Assembly (NCBI GenBank): GCA_040389905.1
Contig: JAZJZK010000007.1
Coordinates: 127,482-191,481 of the forward strand
Direction: 5' to 3'
Origin: Gemmatimonadota bacterium
Lineage (GTDB): Bacteria > Gemmatimonadota > Gemmatimonadetes > Gemmatimonadales > Gemmatimonadaceae
DNA: 64,000 nt
Under the pieces are notes generated by a model. That model saw nothing but the letters and a program-made list of their open reading frames with translations. It searched no databases and had not been told where the DNA came from. This document shows positions 58,135-64,000 of the stretch, one piece after another. How positions within the stretch are numbered: the first letter of the stretch is position 1; every line of letters starts with the position of its first letter. Made by a program: the position numbers and the translations under genes.

Positions 58135-60485
58135 CCACTGCGGCAGGCCATAACGAAGACGAATGGCTCTGGGGATGGGATCCGACGCCGGGAATCGTCT
58201 CGGTTTGGGCGGAGAGTGACGGGCGCGCCCTGATCTGGCGTCGCGTTCCCGACACAGGGGAATTGTTGCGCGAGCAGGCGCGATTCCGGCCGTGGATCCT
58301 GCTCGACCGTCTGGATGACCTGCGGCATCTGGGAGACCGGTTCGGCGCGGAGGGCAGCGATTCGGCCGACATCACTTATCGTGAGCTCGAAGGGCCGGGC
58401 GCACTTCGCTACCTCGTCACGGCGCGCGATGGCAGAGTGCTGGCCAAGGAAATATTGCGCGGTGCCGAGCTTCGGCTCGGCGAGCGGCTCGAGCACGTAA
58501 AAGAGTTGGGGGAGGGCGTGCTGGTGCTTCCACCGGAGGAACAGTACCTCGTCGCCACCGGGCGAACGTACTTCCGTGACCTCACCTTCGATCACCTGAA
58601 GCGCTTCCAGTTCGACCTCGAAACGACGGGCCTCTTTGCGGAGCGCGATCGAATCTTCATGATCGCGGTGCGCGATCCGGATGGCACGACCGACCTTCTC
58701 GAAGTGTCTGGCGACGGAGATGCAGCGGAAGCGGACCTGATCCGGCGACTTGCCGCGCGTGTAAAGGCAGTGGATCCGGACGTGATCGAGAACCATAACC
58801 TCCACGGCTTCGATCTCCCCTTCATCGATAAGCGCGCGCGGAAGCTCGGCGTGCAACTCAACCTTGGACGCATCGAGTTGAGTGGACTGCGCCAGCGCGC
58901 GGCGCGCCGAGGGGCCAAGAGTGAATCGGATGAGACGCGGCGTGTGCGCTTCATGGCGCCGGGACGAGAGCTGATCGACACACTCGACGCCGTGCGACGG
59001 TACGATTTCTCGAATCGCGATCTTCCTGGCCACGGACTCAAGGCGGTCGCTCGGCACTTCGGCATCGCGGGACCGGAGCGAGAGCTTATCCGCGGCGACC
59101 TCATCTCGACGGTGTATCGCACCGATCCGGAACGCGTGCGTCGCTATGCCACGGCGGATGTGGAGGAGGTGGCGGCGCTCTCGCGGTTGCTCAGCGGTGC
59201 CGCATTCGCGCTCGCGCGCATGGCGCCGCGACGGTATGAGCGGCTGGCCGATGCGGGCGCGGCGACGGGCGTGATCGATCCCTTGCTGGTTCGTGCGTAT
59301 CTCAGGGCAGGGACGGCGTTGCCAGCGCATGAGGATGGCGACGGCACGGAACACCAAGGGGCGGCGCTCCATCTCTTTGCCACTGGCGTGGCGCACCGCG
59401 TCGTGAAGGCCGATGTGGCGAGCCTGTATCCGTCGTTGATGCGCGCATACCGCATCGGGCCCTCGCGTGATAGGCTCGGTGCGTTGTTGGCGCTGGTCGA
59501 CCGCCTGGTCGAGCGCCGGCTCGCCGCGAAGGCAAGCGCGCGCGCTGCACCCGCCGGCTCGTCGGAGCGGTATACACACGAGGCGATGTCGGCCGCGATG
59601 AAGCTCGTCGTCAACTCCGCCTATGGCTATCTGGCTGCGGGCGGAGGACTGACGCGCTTTGCCGATGTCCATGCCGCGAACGAGGTCACGCGGCGTGGTC
59701 GCGAGACGCTGGACATGATGTGTCGCGAGCTTGCCGCTCGGGGAGTCACGTTGCTCGAGGCGGACACCGACGGCGTGTACTTCGCCGTGCCCGACCGCTG
59801 GACTGAAGTCGATGAACGCCGAGTGGTGTCGGAGGTCGCGGCCCTGCTTCCGTCGCTCGTGCAACTCGAGTTCGATGGCCGCTATGCGGCGATGCTGTCG
59901 CATGAGCCAAAGAATTACGCGCTGCTGCGCTATGACGGCTCGCTCATCCTTCGTGGCGTGGCGTTTCGTTCGAGTCGCGCGGAGCCGTATGGGGAATCAT
60001 TTCTCCGGCGCGCCATCGCGAGACTTCTCGTGGGAGACGTCGTCGGAGTCAGGGATGTCTATCTGGCCACGCTCGACGCACTCCAGCGGCGAGACCTCCC
60101 GACGCTCGACGTATCGTCGAAGGTCCGGATGACGAAGACGCCGGTAGAGTACCAGCAGACGCGCGAGAGCCGGCGCGAGCTGACGTACGAGGCGATGTTG
60201 GCGAGCGGGCGTACGACATGGAGTGTCGGCGATCGGGCGCGCGTCTATCGGACCAGGTCCGGCGGAGGATCGGTCGTCTCGGAGGCCGATGATCCAGGCG
60301 GCGCAACGGACCCGCGCGACTACGACGCCGAGTACTATGCTCGACAACTTCGAGAGACGTACGCCGCTCGGCTGGCGCGTGCGTTCTCGGCGGAGGACTT
60401 CAGCACGTTATTCGCTGATCCGGAGCAGTTGTCGTTGTTTGCGCCGCTGATCAGTGACATTCGAGCGGTGCTGCAGCAAACATGA
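58131..60485 (+). CDS. Family B DNA polymerase with 3'-5' exonuclease
   Basis: DLETTG, NLHGFDLPF, YATAD; DVASLYPS, KLVVNSAYG, ADTDG; GTGA overlap with upstream gene. Confidence 0.9.
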   Translation: MTTAAGHNEDEWLWGWDPTPGIVSVWAESDGRALIWRRVPDTGELLREQARFRPWILLDRLDDLRHLGDRFGAEGSDSADITYRELEGPGALRYLVTARDGRVLAKEILRGAELRLGERLEHVKELGEGVLVLPPEEQYLVATGRTYFRDLTFDHLKRFQFDLETTGLFAERDRIFMIAVRDPDGTTDLLEVSGDGDAAEADLIRRLAARVKAVDPDVIENHNLHGFDLPFIDKRARKLGVQLNLGRIELSGLRQRAARRGAKSESDETRRVRFMAPGRELIDTLDAVRRYDFSNRDLPGHGLKAVARHFGIAGPERELIRGDLISTVYRTDPERVRRYATADVEEVAALSRLLSGAAFALARMAPRRYERLADAGAATGVIDPLLVRAYLRAGTALPAHEDGDGTEHQGAALHLFATGVAHRVVKADVASLYPSLMRAYRIGPSRDRLGALLALVDRLVERRLAAKASARAAPAGSSERYTHEAMSAAMKLVVNSAYGYLAAGGGLTRFADVHAANEVTRRGRETLDMMCRELAARGVTLLEADTDGVYFAVPDRWTEVDERRVVSEVAALLPSLVQLEFDGRYAAMLSHEPKNYALLRYDGSLILRGVAFRSSRAEPYGESFLRRAIARLLVGDVVGVRDVYLATLDALQRRDLPTLDVSSKVRMTKTPVEYQQTRESRRELTYEAMLASGRTTWSVGDRARVYRTRSGGGSVVSEADDPGGATDPRDYDAEYYARQLRETYAARLARAFSAEDFSTLFADPEQLSLFAPLISDIRAVLQQT

Positions 60486-60495
60486 AACTGATTTT

Positions 60496-60565
60496 ACCAC
60501 AGAGGACACAGAGGACACAGAGGACTACGTATGCTGTTCTCCGTGTCCTCTGTGTCCTCCGTGGT
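60496..60565. repeat. Palindromic repeat family D, copy 3
   Basis: Three CACAGAGGA units plus inverted arm. Confidence 0.88.
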
Positions 60566-60602
60566 TCATTGCTGTTGCCTTGTTCATAGACCAAATTCTG
60601 GC

Positions 60603-61214
60603 ATGCAAAAGTTCACGACCCTCCTGCTCGCGCTTGTCGTCGTCAGCGCTGCCTGCAGGGAGAAAGCGCCCGATGTCGTTCCTCCTGCCGGGCCGGCGCC
60701 GGACTCTTTCCGTGTGGCATTCCAGACGAGCAAAGGACAATTCACTGTCCAGGTGAATCGCGCGTGGTCGCCGAATGGTGCAGACCGGTTTCGCGACCTC
60801 GTTTACGTGCAGTTCTTCGACGAGAACAGGTTCTTTCGCGTGCTTCCGGAGTTCATCGCGCAATTCGGAATCAACGACGACAAGAAGGTCAATGAAAAGT
60901 GGGATGTCATGCGCATCCCCGACGACGCGCTCGTCGCGAAAAACCTCCGCGGCACGCTCACGTTCGCAACGGATGGGAAGGATTCGCGCTCCCATCAGCT
61001 GTTTTTCAACCTCAAGGACAACACGAGTCTCGACAAGCAGGGCTTTACGCCGATCGGAAGGGTCGTCGACGGGATGAACGTTGTTGACTCCATCTACAGC
61101 GGGTACGGTGAAAGGCCGAGCGGCCACATGATCTCGACGCTCGGCAACAGTTATCTCAGGCGAATGTTTCCGAAGCTTGATTTTATCCAGACGGCCAGAA
61201 TCCTGACGCCATGA
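60603..61214 (+). CDS. Cyclophilin-type PPIase lipoprotein
   Basis: SAAC lipobox; FFRVLPEFIAQFG; QLFFN. Confidence 0.88.
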   Translation: MQKFTTLLLALVVVSAACREKAPDVVPPAGPAPDSFRVAFQTSKGQFTVQVNRAWSPNGADRFRDLVYVQFFDENRFFRVLPEFIAQFGINDDKKVNEKWDVMRIPDDALVAKNLRGTLTFATDGKDSRSHQLFFNLKDNTSLDKQGFTPIGRVVDGMNVVDSIYSGYGERPSGHMISTLGNSYLRRMFPKLDFIQTARILTP

Positions 61215-61245
61215 GCGACTCGATGGTTCATGCGGAGAGCGTCCA

Positions 61246-63036
61246 GTGAGTCGTGCTCGTCGCGTGATGAAAAACCTTCGGCTCGGAATGTCGCTCGCGT
61301 GGACGGCGTCGCCCGAGTCGCTGGTCCGCTACTCGGTCCTCGGCGTGCTCAGCTCGATGATGCCGCCGGTCTCCGTCTACCTCGGCGCGAGTCTCGTCAA
61401 TCGGATTGCCGAGGCGCGCGTCCACGCGATCGAGTTCCGCGCGATGGTTCCCATTCTCCTCGGAATGTGGATCACCACAGGACTTCAGCGGGCGATCGGC
61501 GCGTACATGGGCTACGGCAGGAATCTGTTCGTCCGCCGTGTGCAACTCGAGGCCGAACGCCGATTGCTGGCGAAGGCGTCGAAGCTGGATCTCGGTCATT
61601 TCGATGATTCCGATTGGCACGACCGGCTGGCGCGCGCGAAGCGAGATGTCTCGTGGCGGCCCGGCGACCTCACCTGGTCCGTGCTCGGCCTGTCGGGCAA
61701 TATCGTGACGATCGTGTTGATGGCGTCGCTGCTGGCGAGCCTGCATTACGTGCTCGTTCTGCTCGCACTGGCGGCGTCCGTACTCTCGCTGCTGCTCGAG
61801 CGGCGCGTGACGACCAAGATGTATGAATTCTTCTACAAGGAAACGCCCGAAGATCGCGAGCGCGAATACCTCGGTGACCTCCTCGTGCAGCCACGGAATA
61901 CCAAGGAGATCCGTGCATACGTCCTGGCCGACTATCTGTTGGCCAGGCATCGGAAGATTTCGGAGGACTTGTTCGCTCAACGGGAGCTGATGTACAAGTC
62001 CGGCACGCGGATCTCGCTGCTGACGGGGCTGGTGAGTGGAACGACGCTGGCGCTGGCGTACGTGTTCGTCGCCATGAAGGGTGCGGCGGGTGAAATCGAT
62101 CCCGGTGGCGTCGTGCTTGTCATTGGTGCATTCACCGCCGTTGCGGGCACGCTGGGACAGATTTCCAGCACCTTCGTGGCGGTGGACCAGCACACGACCT
62201 TCCTCGACGATTACTTCTCCTTCCTGGCGATCGAGCCGCTCATTCCGGTGCCAGCGGCGCCGAAGAGTATCCCCGCCAGCGTTACCGAGGGGATCGAGTT
62301 CAGGGACGTTGGGTTCAAGTATCCGGGCGGGAGTGGCGCAGCCGTTGAAGGGCTGAACCTGCACATCCGGCCGGGGGAGCTCATTGCACTCGTCGGAGAA
62401 AACGGAGCAGGGAAGAGCACGCTCGTGAAGCTGCTGCTCCGTTTCTACGATGTCGACCGTGGGTCGGTGCGGGTTGGTGGAGTGGATCTCAAGGAGATCG
62501 ATGCGGAGACGCTGCGCAGCCGAATCGGCGTGCTGTTTCAGGACTACGCGCAGTACGAGCTCTCCGTCCGTGAGAACGTCGCGATGGGCCGACCCGGCGG
62601 TGATGTGGACGACGCCCGCGTGATGGACGCACTGCGCACGTCGCGCAGCGAGTGGCTGGTGGGCAAGATGACGAGCGGGCTCGATTCTAAGGTTGGGCGG
62701 CTGTTCGAGGGGGGCCACGACCTGTCCGGTGGCGAGTGGCAGCGTCTCGCGCTCGCGCGCATCATGTATCGCGATGCTGATATCTGGATTCTCGACGAAC
62801 CGACGGCGTCGCTGGATCCTGAGGCCGAAGCGGCGATCTTCGCGGAGTTGAAGGAAAACTTGCGCGGACGGATCGGGATCGTGATCTCACACCGTTTCTC
62901 GACGGTTCGGATTGCGGACCGGATCGCCGTGGTGGCCGACGGGCATATCACGGAGCTCGGAACGCACGAAGAGCTGCTCGCAGCGAATGGTCGCTACGCG
63001 CAGCTCTTCGAACTGCAAGCCGCCGGGTACCGCTAA
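61246..63036 (+). CDS. ABC exporter, fused permease/ATPase
   Basis: GENGAGKS, LSGGEWQ, LDEPT, SHR. Confidence 0.92.
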   Translation: MSRARRVMKNLRLGMSLAWTASPESLVRYSVLGVLSSMMPPVSVYLGASLVNRIAEARVHAIEFRAMVPILLGMWITTGLQRAIGAYMGYGRNLFVRRVQLEAERRLLAKASKLDLGHFDDSDWHDRLARAKRDVSWRPGDLTWSVLGLSGNIVTIVLMASLLASLHYVLVLLALAASVLSLLLERRVTTKMYEFFYKETPEDREREYLGDLLVQPRNTKEIRAYVLADYLLARHRKISEDLFAQRELMYKSGTRISLLTGLVSGTTLALAYVFVAMKGAAGEIDPGGVVLVIGAFTAVAGTLGQISSTFVAVDQHTTFLDDYFSFLAIEPLIPVPAAPKSIPASVTEGIEFRDVGFKYPGGSGAAVEGLNLHIRPGELIALVGENGAGKSTLVKLLLRFYDVDRGSVRVGGVDLKEIDAETLRSRIGVLFQDYAQYELSVRENVAMGRPGGDVDDARVMDALRTSRSEWLVGKMTSGLDSKVGRLFEGGHDLSGGEWQRLALARIMYRDADIWILDEPTASLDPEAEAAIFAELKENLRGRIGIVISHRFSTVRIADRIAVVADGHITELGTHEELLAANGRYAQLFELQAAGYR

Positions 63037-63038
63037 GG

Positions 63039-63746
63039 TTACGGCTTCGTCATGGTGAGGCCCGTTACGGTCGCGTCGGTGTTGTGGGCGAAGCGGATGC
63101 CGTAGACGCCGTCGGTGGACTTGAGCTTGCCGGCGCCGACCGCGGTGGCCTTGTCATAGCTGCCGACGACCGTGCCGTTGATGTTGCACTCGATCTTGTC
63201 GCCCTTCACGGAGAGCGCGATGGTCTGGGTGACCGGTGCATCCTTGGCGGCGGCCTTGTTGATTGCCGGATTGGCTTCCGGGCGACGCGGGCTCACCTGG
63301 AACGGAGCGGGGCCAAAGCCGCGTACGATGAAGGTGCCGTTGCCGTAGGCCGTACAGTACAGCAGGCTCTGGTTCTCCGTACCCAGATCATTGCCGGCGA
63401 TCATGATGCCGTACGGGTGCGGGTGATCGTTCAGGTTCATGTACTTGGGCTCGGTGAACGTGGCTTTCACCGTGTAGTCTCCGCTCGCCTTGTTGGCCGG
63501 ATTCCAATAGCTGACGGCCGGACCGGTCGTCACGTGAAGCGACGGCCCTTCGGCGGCGAGCCTCGAGTCGTTGAGAACCCGGCCGGCCTTTTCCTCATTG
63601 GCATCGATCTTTCCCGTCCAGCCCGGCACGGAAATGCCGCCACCTGCAACCTTGCTGGACTGCTCCATTGCTCCTTGTGCGCTCGCCGTCGTGGCTGTGA
63701 GCACGAAGGCGGCAATTGTGAATGCGGAACCAGTGACGCGACGCAT
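63039..63746 (-). CDS. Secreted hypothetical protein (beta-sandwich-like)
   Basis: Signal peptide; strong codon bias; GAGG RBS. Confidence 0.7.
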   Translation of the reverse strand: MRRVTGSAFTIAAFVLTATTASAQGAMEQSSKVAGGGISVPGWTGKIDANEEKAGRVLNDSRLAAEGPSLHVTTGPAVSYWNPANKASGDYTVKATFTEPKYMNLNDHPHPYGIMIAGNDLGTENQSLLYCTAYGNGTFIVRGFGPAPFQVSPRRPEANPAINKAAAKDAPVTQTIALSVKGDKIECNINGTVVGSYDKATAVGAGKLKSTDGVYGIRFAHNTDATVTGLTMTKP

Positions 63747-63882
63747 GGTAAATCCTCTCGCTGAAGGGAGTCGGCGGATAACATATGCTCGGGGAACGGC
63801 TCCCGGCTATATCCTTGCTAGTACCACTCTCAATTGCCTGCGGTTCCGGCCGCGTTTCCCGCCAGTCGATTTCGAGGTTCCT

Positions 63883-64000
63883 TTGACGAAACTACTCGCC
63901 ACTTTCTGCCTCCCCCTCCTCCTCCTCGCTGCATGTCGCGACCGGGGAGAAAGCGCCGCCTCGTCTGCCGCGGCTTCCGGTCAAGCGACCGGCGCGGGGG
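63883..64000 (+). CDS. Partial lipoprotein running off the window
   Basis: TTG start, (M)TKLLATFCLPLLLLAAC lipobox, GAGG RBS. Confidence 0.55.
   Translation, partial: MTKLLATFCLPLLLLAACRDRGESAASSAAASGQATGAG

Overview
GC-rich, gene-dense bacterial chromosome segment; the gene repertoire (PadR plus duplicated orphan ABC permease, DUF1592/DUF1552/ankyrin cluster, many secreted hydrolases) suggests Gemmatimonadota or a similar soil lineage (inference only). The standout locus is 6318-9240, which the ORF track largely misses. A canonical sigma70 promoter is followed by a putative leader peptide with mutually exclusive terminator/antiterminator, a boxA-like motif, a run of hairpins, a tRNA-like RNA with a 52-nt structured insert in place of its anticodon loop, the RNA ligase rtcB, a second boxA-like motif, a long T-loop-containing hairpin, four tRNAs (Arg-CCG, Arg-CCU, Phe-GAA, Cys-GCA; some with aberrant D regions) and more structured RNA. 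It reads as a translation-stress-inducible RNA repair/tRNA supply operon. Nearby are a TetA-like pump, a gene with a structured 5' leader, and LigC/Prim-Pol. Other content: several families of REP/MITE-like palindromes that nest inside one another, an ECF sigma/anti-sigma/HEAT module, vapBC, a collapsed racemase pseudogene and a family-B DNA polymerase. All calls were made by eye; no searches or folding programs were run.
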